Origin: Phyllobates terribilis
Taxonomy: Eukaryota
Assembly (NCBI RefSeq): GCF_046119375.1
Contig: NW_027362768.1
Span: forward strand, 276,768,001-276,832,000
Direction: 5' to 3'
DNA length: 64,000 nucleotides
Shown here: one piece after another, positions 1-15,280 of the stretch
Layout of the letters: each line of letters begins with the position of its first letter
Numbering within the stretch: the first letter of the stretch is position 1
Notes under the pieces: generated by a model
The model's input: the letters and a program-made list of their open reading frames with translations, nothing else
Database searches by the model: none
Told to the model about the DNA's origin: nothing
Program-made: the position numbers and the translations under genes

Positions 1-611
1 CTGGACAAGGAGTTTTATAATCCTGTTTGAAGTCCTCAAGATTCATTCAGAGACCCTTTTTTGTTATACATGAAAAAAGACTATATTCATATGATGCTGT
101 TTGCATGTGTCGCTTTTTTTTGCGGACTGTCAGTCTGCAAAAATATCACAGTCATCAATCCGAGTCAAGGATCAAACTTACCCATACAAGTCTATGGGAC
201 CATGAAAATAACGAGCAGCACATGGGTGCTATCCAGCACATGGGTGCTATCCATTTTTAAGATTGTAGGTGGTTGAAACTTTGCAATTTTTTTTTCTTTG
301 CAATCACCAACAGCAAAAAATGTCCTCACTGACCAAATACTGATGAAAATCAGATCCAGCTTACCGTTCAGTCCTTTTTTTTCACGTCTTAGAAAAAAGG
401 GACGTCTGAACAAGGCCTAATGCAAAAATTACCATTTTACTAATCTTATTTTCAGGATTATACAGCCATTCTCACTCGGAGTATCTCCAGCTCTATCTAA
501 AGAAGACCGTTCACGACATTTTTCATGTTGAGCTGGACACACAATGATAATAGTGGCTGCAGAGCAGAAAAACATTTTTTTTCTTTTATTTCGCCTCTCT
601 GTTGCGGAGAT

Positions 612-740
612 ATTGGCAATCAAAGTATTTGGCTCCATTTCTACATGACGTGGGCTGCACCGGATAGTCTGGGGTTAAGCAGGAGGCGCTGACAGAGCAG
701 AGCAGTAATGGGAGAGACCGATGTTCTGGCTGCTGATTGG
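612..740 (+). promoter_or_regulatory. Putative GCAT proximal promoter (two inverted CCAAT boxes and a CRE/UPRE-like TGACGTGG)
   Basis: ATTGG at 612-616 and 736-740 and TGACGTGG at 646-653, just upstream of GCAT coding exon 1. Motif match only. Confidence 0.4.
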
Positions 741-808
741 CTGCAGCGGTACACACCTCCCATCCACATGGTATGACAGCCTGTACTGGAGGTAGTGGAG
801 CAGCTGTA

Positions 809-995
809 ATGATGTGGACTACATGGGTTTCGAGGTTGCCCCTCGGGCCAGGACGTGCACAATCCACTGTTGCCCACTTTAGAGAGATTTTGAAGAAGGA
901 GATTGAGAATATAAAGGAAGCAGGGACATGGAAGAGCGAGAGGATCATCACCTCAATGCAAGGACCACACATCACAGTAGATGGCAAGAACACAG
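809..995 (+). CDS. GCAT: GCAT coding exon 1 (mitochondrial presequence and N-terminus)
   Basis: MMWTTW...GRAQSTVAHFREILKKEIENIKEAGTWKSERIITSMQGPHITVDG resembles the vertebrate GCAT N-terminus; donor CAG|GTATC at 996, phase 1. Start could be 809 or 812. Confidence 0.92.
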
Positions 996-3900
996 GTATC
1001 CTTATTAACAAGACATACAGCATGTCTAACTATACAATCCCTGGGCAGCATGTGCACCATGTGTCCTCAAAAGCCACCAGCACAGTGTGAGCCCAGATCT
1101 GGGTATGACGTGTCACCTTACATGCAGAATACAGCAGCACTGGGGATTTATAGCAACTCTGTGATCCTGGCTGCAGAATGAGCACAAGTCTGAAAAATGG
1201 GATCTAGGCAATGTCATTGTGTTTAGTCAATAAAATAGTGACTGTAAAGCTGTGAATACTAATATTGGAATCCTCCGCCACATAATGATCTGCTTTGCTA
1301 AACATACAAAATGCAGAAAAAATATAATATGGGCAATGGCATTGATGATTGTATAGAAAAAGGGCTAGTGGATCAGTGTTCGAGTTCTAGACTGTGATCA
1401 CACTGCAACAGTCCTAAGCCGCTGTGATCTTCCTCCCTGTTTCTCTTGCAAAACTGCACAAACGAACAAAATTGCCGTACAGTTTTACAGGTGAAACAGC
1501 TAAAATAAAGTGATTATACAAGGAAACAATGGAAATTCCACAGCGGTACAAGGTTGTTGCGGTTTTCAGAAGCAGTGTAAATTCAGCCTTGGGGTATAGT
1601 CACATGTGACTGATTTATTGCAGAACTTTCTAAGGGCTCATTCAGACAGCCAAGATCTTCTCGCAATGCATGGACTGACCGCGGGTCTTCTGACCCAAGA
1701 ATAGAACCTCATAGAAATACACAAAGCTGTCATGATTCGGTCCGGAGAGCCGCGGCCGGTCCATGCTTCGACCGATTTGCTTGGACGTCTGAGTCCAAAA
1801 CCTGTCCCATTTCTCAGAATGGAGATTACAGGCATGACCCTGTGCACATAAATGGAAAACATTTTCCTACATATGAACTTAGTCAGCTGGTAAAGCTTGT
1901 GTTTTGCAATGGAACTTATATACCAGAAGTTATTTTTCTCACCAGTTCCCTTCTCTGCTGTCATCTGGGGGAGGTTTTACAACACTTTATTGAAACTTAA
2001 TCTCTGCATACTTGTATGTGGTGGGCTCAAGCAATTTTCATACATTTTTTACATGGTGAAAGACGCATTACTGTTAGAACTTGTGCACACTCATCTGATT
2101 TGCTGCAGAGATTTCTACAGCTATCCAATACATAAGTATAAGCTTTTCAGAGATGCACTTGTCACAAGAAACATCATTCAGATGTATGGATCAAACTTTT
2201 CAGTTGAAGAAATGTATGTAATTTGGGTGAATACACACTAAGGGCTCGCTCTCACCTGCGATGCAATCTGATAATCCTATGATGGTGTGCTCAGTGGCGT
2301 GTTTTTTTTTTTTTTTTTTTTTTTTCCAGCTTCAATCGGATTGCGAATGGGCTGGAAAAAAAAAAATCGCAGCATGCTGGATTCGGATCGCACGCGCCCA
2401 TATAACGAGTGTGAAACATCACACTGCATTCGGGTGATATCCGAGTGCAGTGCAATTCCCGCTGATGCCAGCAACAGAGGAGATGGAGAAATTGATTTCT
2501 CCGTCCCCTCCGCAGCTGTGCTGCGATCCTCTCTGTGCGAGAGGATCGGAGCACTGACATTCGTCTCACACTGGCAGCAGAGCAGGAGCTGAATGTCATT
2601 AGCATATCGCATCCGATGCCATATGCTAGTGGGACCCCGGTCTAAGGGTAAGTTTACACATGCTGCTCACACGTTCTGCAGTAAATCCATAAGTATCCGC
2701 AGTAAAGTCAGCAGCGCCAATCTGCACAAAATCGTGTGGATCTGGCTGCAGATTGACTTACGAACTAGAAGCGTATTTGATTCTTTGGTGCATCCCAGCC
2801 TTCCGTGCCCTCATTCCATTCATATGTGACCACAACATCATTGGCTGAAGTTGTCACGTGGGACGGAACATCAGCAGCGCCTCTAGTAACAGTTCTAGTG
2901 TACAAACCGCTGGCACATTAGACAGGTGGGCGTAGCTACGCCCCATCCAGCTCCACCCATTTTAGCGGGCATTAAAATGTCAAAAGTTGCAAAATCTTTA
3001 TGCAACTCCATGTGGCTCCAAAAAATTATTTGTGACTTTTCCCAGTATCTTACTCCGGTTTTCAGCAAAAACACTTTGATAAATCGCTCTCATTCTGTTT
3101 GAACATACCATAAGGCTTATATCCAAATGGGTGTATTTGTAATCTCTATTTCACATTGTTATTTTTTTTTACGACTATTTAAAAAATACAGCATGTATTT
3201 TACTTTCATCCATTCTATGGGCAGAATATGCCAGTTAAAGTGTACGGGAAGTTCTTAAAAGTCAGGTACATCAGTATTTCATCAGCAAACCATGTGTGTT
3301 TGCATTTATTGATATTTTTCTCCATAAAGCTAAATAGAAAATAACATCAATGAATGCTGATGAATCCTGTCTAATTACATGTCTGTTTTGCAAATACATA
3401 TAAATAATTTGTTTGACTAACAGAAGGAATAAGGCCAAATTCAGACTTCTGTGAAACACGGTCCGAATACGAACTGTGATGTATGAACTGATTGCGGCTC
3501 CACTGACCTGAACTTGGCAGTGTCATAGGGATATGATACTGTGAAGTTCAGATGAGAAGACCTGCGAATAATTGGTGCATCGTGGTCGGCACTTGGACCA
3601 TGTTTCACGGACATCTGAATCCAGCTTAAGGCAGGGTTCACACAAGAATATTTTACGGCCTGTTTGCAGACCACAATACCCCAAATAACTGTGGGTTTCC
3701 CAAACCAAGCTTACAGCCGATCTGTCTATGATGCTATAAATTTGGGTGGAGAGACCTTGTCATGCATTACTGTCCATACACAGACCGAGAAGTACCCTCA
3801 AGTCATCACACCGCAAACTTTCTCCACTATGGATTTCACATCTGTTACATGCAGGTTTTTACATACATTTTAATATAGGTTTTACCATGTGTATTGCACT

Positions 3901-5682
3901 GCATCCTTGCTAATGCCTCGTGACTGTCCTAACAGCCCCCTTGCAGCAATTATAATTGTTTATTTTTGGATGTGGAGGACAATTTTAGACTTTTGCTATA
4001 GGACCCCACAATTTCTCTGTATGCCCAAGTCCTCTTTTATGTTGTACTTGAATTATTTTTATACTGAAGCAGTAGGGTGTGGTCCAGATTATGTTCCCTT
4101 CCCAGGACACTTTTTACTCATTGCTGTATGATTTATACACCAGTACTGCTTTACACAATCACAGACTTCCCACAAATTTGCTGATGCACAAATTCGACCC
4201 CCTTTTGACTTGCACAATCTATTTGTCAGGCTTTGTCTAGAGGTCACACGGTTTCTTGACACATATTGACTTTGATTTTTCTGAACAACACAGGATTTCC
4301 TTCACACAGTACTTTTTTTTTCTGTGGCGTTTTTTTTTCCAGCTTGTAATTAATAAAGCTATGATTTTCGGGCATTTTCTCATGCATTTTTTTTTTTTTT
4401 AGGGGGGGTTAAGGGGGCATAAAAAACATAACTAAAACAACCATTAAAGAATCCCAAAAAATGTGGCAAAATAAAGCACACTGCAATCATTTCATATTTT
4501 TCCTATTGATTTAACAACCAGCATTTTTTTTTTTTATTTTTACAAAAGACAAAAAAAATACCAGATATGCTGCAAAAAATTAAAGGGGCTCTACTGCATG
4601 GTGTGAGGATTCTCCGCTGTCAGCATTGGGAACGATATGCATACTCCTGGCCACAGTCTGACTAGACTGTTTCCGACCTCGCTCAATACACTTGCATCTA
4701 GTCAGATTGTGGCCTGGAGTATGGATATCACATATTTGCGGTCACGTGACTGCTGTTCCTGGCGGTGACATCGCAGAATCCTCAGTGTGCGGTGAGGATT
4801 CACAGGTCTGCAGTTACTTAGTGACTGCAGACTTGTAGCTTAAGACCTTAAGGTTTTCTAAAATGGACAGGGCTTTGTGATTTTGCCACTGACATGCAGT
4901 CCATGAAAAAACATGGACATGTGTACAGTCTTATAGACTCTAATGGGTTTGTCTTGTATCCATGAAAAACACAGATTTAACATGTACGTCTGAATGAGGC
5001 TTAATGCAGTTTTCCAGTACGTCCCCATAACCGCACCATAGGAGGAGTAATCCCATATCCTCTGTAGGACAGGAAGCACAAGAGGTTAAAAACCCTCCCA
5101 CCCCCAACCTCCTCAGTGTTTTTCCTGTCACTACACAGGACAGGGAGTACAGGAGGAGCGCTGGTGCAGGGAGCACTGGTGTGGTAATTCGTATTACTCA
5201 CAGGGGCCCGGGGGATCGGGGCGGCCGCAGCTCTCTCCTTCTCGCCGCCAAGTGGGTCCTGGGCCGACACTCCCTGTCGGGAGTCCATCAGCCCTCCAGT
5301 GTGCTGGAGCCTCCGGGTGCCGCTTCCCTATCGCTGGGGCTCTCTGCGTCCTGCTCTGGGCGGACCTGGCTTCTCCCGGCGTCGAAACCGGAAGGTCGGG
5401 GATGACTATTTCCAGTCCGCGGTCCCGCGGGAGATTCAAACACGGTTCGACCAGATGCCAGTGGAGCAGGAGAAAATGACAGGACGACCAGGTAAGGTGT
5501 AGAAAAGGGGTCTGGGGCGCATCAAAGGCAGGTTTACAGCTTTGGCAACTCTGGCAGTACAATGGCTGATGTGTCACACCCTGATACATGACTGTGGGGC
5601 GATCCAGGGAAGGTAAGTGTACCATTACCTTTCATATGGTTAAATGAACTTGCCCTTACCAGGCCCTCCATATATTTTATAG

Positions 5683-6957
5683 GATATCTCTGTGCACTTA
5701 CCACCTCCTTCTGAAAAAAAGAAGGATGCAGGAAAAAAGGCCACAGTGAAATCCAAGAGGTGCCTGGATTGTAACATCAGACTTCCCGACTAATATACAA
5801 AGCGTCTATGTGCTGAGTGTAGAGCCTCCATGTTAAAGGAGGAGCACAGAGTTTTTTTAAATGAGATGCGTAGTATAATCAAAGAAGAAGTTCAGGCTTC
5901 TATTACGTCTCTGCAGCCCCCAGGTTCAGGGGTCCAGGATATCCGGGGACCCAGAGAAGATATAACACCATCTTCTGAGGGTGAAATCGACCCATCTGGC
6001 AACTCTGATAACAGTGAGACCATTAGTCCACCTCAGGGCGGGGAACGGAAAAAGTATATGTTCCACTCAGATGGTATGGATATTCTTCTACGAGCCGTCC
6101 GAAACACCATGCAGGTAGAACAGACGGAGAAGAGCAGTAACATTCAGGATGAGATGTTTGGTGGTCTTAGAACCCAGAGATCCATGATTTTCCCTGTTAA
6201 TGCTCATGTGAAGGACATGATACTGGAGGAATGGGAGGATGCGGAGAAGAGACTCTCTATTCCACGAGACTTCCACACCCGGCTCTCCTTTGATCAAGAG
6301 GACACCAATGTTTGGGACACTATTCCTAAGATTGACATCCCAGTGGTCCAGAAAACCTCTATCCCCTTTGAGGATTCATCAGGACTTAAAGATCCTATGG
6401 ATCGGAAGGCAGATGGACTTTTGAAAAAAGCCTGGGAAGCCTCGGTGGCAGTTATTAAGTCTAACGTTGCTGCTACATCTATTGCTAGATCCATGAAAGT
6501 TTGGCTAGAGGTGCTAGAGGGTCACCTACGGGATGGCACCCTGAGGGAATCTCTCCTTCAATCATTGCCCCTATTAAAAATGGCAACGAATTTTATGGCC
6601 GGTTCGGCGCAATCTGTCAGATTTGCGGCCAGAAATAATGCGCTTTCCAACTCCTCCCGAAGAGCTGTTTGGTTAAAGACATGGTCTGGGGATACAGCTT
6701 CTAAGAACAAGCTGTGCTCCATTCCATTTTCAGGGCTCAGAGTATTCAGACCAGTGTTAGATAACATTCTAGAAAAAGCGTCCGGTAAAAAGAAGGGCTT
6801 CCCTGAGGAGAAAAAGGAGCAGCCCTTTCGCAAACCTTTCCCCTCCCGTAAATATAACACTCAGAAAAAGGGGGGGTCCACGAGCTGGAGTTTTAATAAG
6901 GGGAACAAAGATAAAAAATACCAGCCCAGTACTAGCTCCCGTTCAAAACTGCAATGA
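5683..6957 (+). pseudogene. DIRS-A gag-like ORF (CxxC..CxxC finger, one in-frame stop at 5791)
   Basis: Frame continuous with the 375-aa ORF 5830..6957; KRCLDC...LCAEC; WSGD..SKNKLCSIPFSG motif typical of vertebrate DIRS gag. Confidence 0.75.
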
Positions 6958-7397
6958 CTATGTCAGAGTAGGGGGGCGATTTAAAGTTTTTCAAAAAACA
7001 GTTGGCATCGGGTCACTCAAAATCCCTGGATACTAACAACTATAGCACAGGGTTACAGGATAGAGTTTTCTGAAATTCCCCCACACAAATTCCGCCTGAC
7101 AGAGGGTTCCCCTTCCTCACTCTCCCGTCTACTGGCAGACATAGAGAAGCTTTTACAACAGAGGGTTATTGTTCCAGTTCCAGAACGCGACCAACATCGG
7201 GGCCATTACTCCTCTGTTTTCAGTAAAAAAAAAAAAAAAAAAAAAAAACCATCAGGGGAATTCCGTATAATTATCAATCTGAAACCCCTAAACCAATGGG
7301 TCCGCTACAAAAAAATCCACATGGAATCAGTGAGATCAGCCATTCCTCTAATAGACACAAACATGGTAATGTGCACCCTGGACCTCAGGGATGCATA

Positions 7398-9386
<1,989 letters not shown>

Positions 9387-10353
9387 TATTACCACCTGCC
9401 AATACATTCCTCAAGTCAGCAATATCTGAGGTTTGCACTACCATCAGGCAGTCAGATTCTACACTACCAGTTCCGATGTCTTCCTTTCGGCCTGTCATCT
9501 GCTCCCAGAATCTTTACGAAGATCATGGCAGAGGTGGTGGCCTATATCCGACTCAGTGATATTACCATCATTCCGTACTTGGACGACATCCTGTTCCTGT
9601 TGGTGGCAGGATCCCCTCTAGGTATGACGCAACATCTGGAATTTGTCCTACAGACATTAACCAGCCTGGGTTTGATTGTGAACAAAGAAAAATCCAATCT
9701 TGTCCCAAGAACTTAACGCATCTTCCTGGGAGTCTATCTCGACTCCCGAATGCAAACGTCTTATCTCCCGGAAGACAAGATGCTCTCAATTTCACAAAGG
9801 ATTCGTTATTTTGCAAGAGAGCAAAAACTTTCGATTCGAAAGGCAATGAGTATTTTGGGAATCATGACGTCATGCATCACCTGCGTCAGATGGAGCCAGT
9901 TCCATTCCAGGCCTCTACAGAAATGCATCCTGGAAGTGACAGACAGACATCAGAATTACCTAGACATGAAGATACCTTTGTCCAGACAGGCCCAGGACTC
10001 TCTACACTGGTGGCTCGACCAGAAGAATCTACAGAAGGAAGTGCAGTGGATTCTGGAACCTTGTCTTTTAGTGACCACAGACGCAAGTCTCTCAGGATGG
10101 GGAGCTCGAGTGAGAGATTCTTATCTTCAGGGAACATGGTCCACAGAGATTCGGACCCGATCATCGAATTTTTGGGAACTACAGACGATTTGGGAAGCCC
10201 TACACAGAAGCCGGGCTGTCTTGAGAGACAGACATGTAAAGATCTTGTCGGACAACATCACGGCAGTCTCCTTCATCAGACATCAGGGCGGACCAAGACA
10301 TCCACTTCTCCAGTCTCTGGCCAACAGGATATTCTTGGGGAAAAGAGAAGATA

Positions 10354-10843
10354 GTGTGCTCCACTTCAGCAGTTCAACTTCGGGGATCTGACAATCAAGA
10401 GGCAGACTACCTCAGCAAGCGTCAAATGAAGGCTTCGGAATGGGAACTGAATGAAGAAGTGTTCCAACAACTGACTCGCAGATGGGGTCAGCCTCGCCTA
10501 GACCTTTTTGCATCCAGAACGAATGCGAAGATGCCATCTTTCTTCTCTCTCGACCCAGGAGATCATCCTCTGGCAGTGGATGCTCTAACAGTATTGGGGA
10601 GAGGGTCTAACATATGCTTTCCCACCTGCTCCCCTAATTCCGAGAATGCTGTGGAAGATTCAGGAAGATCAGACGACAGTCATAGCAATTGTCCCGTTTT
10701 GGCCTAGGAGGAGTTGGTTCTCCCTTCTACGTCATCTAGTGTTGGAAGACCCAATCATTTTACTATTACAGGAAGATCTTCTGACGCAGGGTCCACTGTT
10801 ACAGCAGAATTTAAACAACTCCAGCTTTCAGCCTGGCTTCTGA
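10354..10843 (+). pseudogene. DIRS-A DNA adenine methyltransferase-like domain (frameshifted)
   Basis: NQEADYLS, WELNEEVF, LDLFAS, AVDAL, IVPFWPRRSWF motifs characteristic of the DIRS MT domain after RNase H. Confidence 0.7.
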
Positions 10844-10880
10844 AGAGGAGATCCTGAAGACCAAAGGCTTATCCGCCAGA

Positions 10881-11870
10881 GTGATCCAGACCATGCAGGC
10901 TAGTAGAAAACCTGTAACCCAAGCCATATATAAAAAGGTCTGGAGGACTCTTTGTCAGTTCAACAGGGCGGTGGACACCTCTCAACCAGACATCCCTGCG
11001 ATCCTTGATTTCTTGCAGGCGGGATTTGACACCGGTCTCAGACCTAGTACCTTGAAGGTGCAGATCGCGGCATTAAGTGCTTTCTTCGACGCATCATTGT
11101 CCTCACACCCTTGGATAATCAGATTAGTCAAGGCGATCCAGAGACTTAGGCCTACCAAGAGAATTTCTTCCCATCGGTGGGATCTGAATCTTGTCCTGAG
11201 AGTCCTTTGCAAACCTGCCTTCGGCCCAGTTCATGAATTCGTGATAAAGAACTTGACTCTGAAAACAGTCTTCTTGGTGGCAATCACCACGGCTAAACGG
11301 TTGGGTGAAATCCAGGCTCTCTCTGTTGTCGAGCCATGTATGCAGATTCGGGATGATTGCATCATTCTCAAACTGGATCCAAGTTTCTCCCCGAAGGTGG
11401 TGTCATCGATGACCTTAAACCAAGAAGTGGTTCTTCCATCATTCTGCGAAAACCCTAGAAATCCGAGGGAGGAAGAGTTCCACCATCTCGATGTCCGCAG
11501 AGCAGTGTTGGCCTACTTGGAAGCCACTTGGAACTGGAGATCAGACTCTAATCTTTTCATACAGTTTGGGGGGGGGGGAAATAGAGGCAGGAAGGCTTCA
11601 AAACCATCCTTAGCTAGATGGGTCACATTTATGATTAATCTAGCGTACCTTTCAGAAGGACAGCCTCCCCCTGAGATTATCAAAGCCCATTCTATCAGAG
11701 CAGTTTCCACCTCATGGGCAACTAGAGCAGGCGCTACCATTGAACAGATATGTACTGCAGCCACATGGTCAGGACATACTACTTTTTGCAAACAGTACAA
11801 GCTAGATCTTCTCTCACAGCAGAGATCTGCATTTGGTAGGAAGGTACTTCAGGCAGTTATCCCACCCTAA
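10881..11870 (+). CDS. DIRS-A tyrosine recombinase, open 329-aa ORF
   Basis: TTAKRLGEIQAL (catalytic R), AHSIR (HxxR), ATWS, FCKQY (catalytic Y); ends VIPP-stop. Confidence 0.88.
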   Translation: MIQTMQASRKPVTQAIYKKVWRTLCQFNRAVDTSQPDIPAILDFLQAGFDTGLRPSTLKVQIAALSAFFDASLSSHPWIIRLVKAIQRLRPTKRISSHRWDLNLVLRVLCKPAFGPVHEFVIKNLTLKTVFLVAITTAKRLGEIQALSVVEPCMQIRDDCIILKLDPSFSPKVVSSMTLNQEVVLPSFCENPRNPREEEFHHLDVRRAVLAYLEATWNWRSDSNLFIQFGGGGNRGRKASKPSLARWVTFMINLAYLSEGQPPPEIIKAHSIRAVSTSWATRAGATIEQICTAATWSGHTTFCKQYKLDLLSQQRSAFGRKVLQAVIPP

Positions 11871-12882
11871 GCTATGAGTTCTTGGGTATACGCCTATGGT
11901 GCTGTCCTGGGGACGTACTGGAAAACCGGAATTAGTCTTACCGGTAATGATGTTTCCAGGAGTCCACATGACAGCACCCTTATTTCCCTCCCTATATTGC
12001 TACTGTATGTGACTTTAACATATGTCTAAGCAGTCTGGAATAAAAATTTGTTGTACCCAGCCAATGTGGTTCTTGGAAAATCACTGAGGGGGTTGGGGGT
12101 GGGAGGGCTTTTAACCTCTCGTGCTTCCTGTCCTGGTAAAACTAAAACTAATTCCGTTTTTTAATCCTTTTTTTTTTTTTCTCAAAGCTCTGAAAAGTCT
12201 GCATGCAGAGCTGTGCAAACATTTCAGCGACGTTTTCAACCATTTTGGTGGAGCTGGGGCGGGATAGGCACATGATTGGGACATAACGTCACAGCTCTTT
12301 ATGAATCAGGAGCCTCTTAACCGGTTCAGGACCGCCCACTGTACATAAACGTCGGCGCTGCCTGGGCTCTGTGCAGCGTCGACGTTTAAAAACGGTGGGT
12401 GGTCCCGCAGCGCTCAGGACCCCCAGAGTCCTGCTAGCGCTGCGGTACCGGTTCAGAGCGATAGCTCTGACATGTGGCATCATGGGGACCTGATAGGAAC
12501 AGGTTAACATCATGGGGACCTGATCCAATCTTCCAGATGCCGCGATCCATAGCGATCGCGGCATTTAAAAGATAGGGACAGCCGGTGGTCGGCGATCGGG
12601 ACCCCCCACATACCTGTCAGCGGCGGGGATCCCGGTACTGTGACCTCTGACATCATCGAGACCTGATTGGCTCAGGTCTCGATGATGTCAGCGTCACACC
12701 AGCCAATCAGAGAGATCACCAGGGAAGTTTGTTTTAGCAACAAACTTTCCCGGGCGATCTGCCTGATAAATGCAGTTTCTCCTCCGATCTCAGTGAGAGA
12801 GCAGAGGAGAAACAGTGTGACAAGAGCTGTCAGCCTTGCCACTGTGAAAGTAAAAAAAAAAATAAAATAAAAAAGAAAGTAA

Positions 12883-13446
<564 letters not shown>

Positions 13447-13456
13447 TAAAAATAAA

Positions 13457-15280
13457 ATGGCCCGTCAGACTTATATCGCAGAGGAGGTGTATGCCCTGCT
13501 GTGTTCTGACACTGATGACAGCGCAATCTCAGATGGAGATATGGATTTTGAGGGCTTTAGTAGCGGCGACACTGAGAGCCCAGAAATGAGCAGTGATTCT
13601 GTTCCATCCTCAAGCCCAAGGACCAGTACAGCAATAGGGGCAAATAGCGCTACTGGAGAAACGTCTCCAAATCAGGGAACACTGCCCAGTACAAGCGCTG
13701 TCCCTGCTACTAGTGAATTGGCGCACGCCAGTGTACAAGGGGCTTTGCCACATGATCTAGCATTTCCCAGATGGGAGGCTTCGGATTCGGCTGCTCCATT
13801 CAGCCCTGATTTCAACGCCACTCCTGGTATAAATGTGGAGGTGGAAGATTTTGGACCAATTCATTTTTTTAATTTGTTTTTTACAGACAGCTTGCTAGAG
13901 CATATTGTCGTGCAAACAAATTTATACGCGTCCCAATTCATAAGCCAGAATCCCCGATCTTACTATGCTAGGGCAAATTTATGGACACCAACTAATGTCC
14001 CGGAAATAAAAAATTTTTTAGGACTTACATTTGCCATGGGGCTTGTTAAAAAACCGAGCATTCGATCCTACTGGTCCAACCACCCTGTTCAAGCCACCCC
14101 TATGTTTTCAGTCATTCTGCCTAGGACCCGTTATGAAATGCTCATGCGGTTTTGGCATTTTAACGACAATAGTCAATGCCAATGCCTGCCCAGAAATGCC
14201 CCAGAACATGACAGGTTATATAAAATTAGACCCATCATTGAAAATTTGTCAGAAAAATTCTTAAGCCTCTACACCCCAACACAAAATATTTCTATAGACG
14301 AGTCCCTTGTAAAATTCAAAGGAAGACTGCACCTCAAGCAATTTATCCCATCTAAAAGGGCAAGGTTTGGAATAAAGCTCTATAAAATGTGCGAAAGTTC
14401 AACCGGATACACATCCGCTTTTCGCATATATGAGGGGAAAGATAGCCAACTAAACCCACCAGGATGCCCTACTTATCTGGGGACATCTGGAAAAATTGTT
14501 TGGGAGCTGATAAGTCCATTTTTTCAAAAAGGCTACAATCTATATGTGGACAATTATTACACCAGCATACCCCTATTTAAAAGTCTGGTTGAACACAACA
14601 TCGGGGCTTGTGGGACCATCCGTAAAAACCGTCAGGGGTTTCCACAACCATTGGTCAACCAAAAGTTTCAAAAGGGGCAGTCAGGGGCTGTACGCAACGG
14701 AGAGCTGCTTGCCCTGAAATATAGGGATAAGAGGGATATTTTTGTCCTCAGCTCGATCCACACAGATGCCACAAGGGCCACTGTAGAACTAGGATCCACC
14801 ACTCCGAAGCAAAAACCTGTGTCAGTCATTGACTACAACAAACACATGGGGGGTGTGGACCTTGCAGACCAGGTTCTACAGCCATACCAGGTATCAAGAA
14901 AGTCCTATACCTGGTATAAAAAGTTGGTTATTTATTTGTTTCAGGTGGCCACATACAATTCTTTTGTGTTGTACAAAAAAGCAGGAAATTCAGATCCTTT
15001 TCTTGATTATCAAGAAAAGGTAATTGAAAATCTTGTCTTTCAAAGTGTTAGCCCCGCTCATCCATTAGAATCTGAGGATGTGAAAAGACTCACTGAGCGA
15101 CATTTTATTGCACTTATTCCAGCAACGGAAACAAGAAGGAACCCCCAGAAAAGATGTCGTGTATGTACTAAGAGAGGAGTGAGGCATGATACCCGCTACT
15201 ATTGCCCACAATGCCCATCATTGCCAGCCTTATGCGTCACTGACTGCTTTAAAATCTTCCACACAGAACCACGTTTTTAA
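13457..15280 (+). CDS. piggyBac (PGBD4-like) DDD transposase, intact 607 aa
   Basis: Acidic N-terminus; SIDES, YVDNYYTS, GGVDLADQ catalytic Asp motifs; C-terminal Cys-rich domain CRVC...CPQC...C...C...H. Confidence 0.93.
   Translation: MARQTYIAEEVYALLCSDTDDSAISDGDMDFEGFSSGDTESPEMSSDSVPSSSPRTSTAIGANSATGETSPNQGTLPSTSAVPATSELAHASVQGALPHDLAFPRWEASDSAAPFSPDFNATPGINVEVEDFGPIHFFNLFFTDSLLEHIVVQTNLYASQFISQNPRSYYARANLWTPTNVPEIKNFLGLTFAMGLVKKPSIRSYWSNHPVQATPMFSVILPRTRYEMLMRFWHFNDNSQCQCLPRNAPEHDRLYKIRPIIENLSEKFLSLYTPTQNISIDESLVKFKGRLHLKQFIPSKRARFGIKLYKMCESSTGYTSAFRIYEGKDSQLNPPGCPTYLGTSGKIVWELISPFFQKGYNLYVDNYYTSIPLFKSLVEHNIGACGTIRKNRQGFPQPLVNQKFQKGQSGAVRNGELLALKYRDKRDIFVLSSIHTDATRATVELGSTTPKQKPVSVIDYNKHMGGVDLADQVLQPYQVSRKSYTWYKKLVIYLFQVATYNSFVLYKKAGNSDPFLDYQEKVIENLVFQSVSPAHPLESEDVKRLTERHFIALIPATETRRNPQKRCRVCTKRGVRHDTRYYCPQCPSLPALCVTDCFKIFHTEPRF

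Noticed and set aside
218-255. 19-bp tandem duplication GCACATGGGTGCTATCCA
   Set aside because: Two copies only; ordinary slippage.
586-1023. 145-aa minus-strand ORF
   Set aside because: Antisense shadow of GCAT exon 1 and promoter; no recognisable motif.
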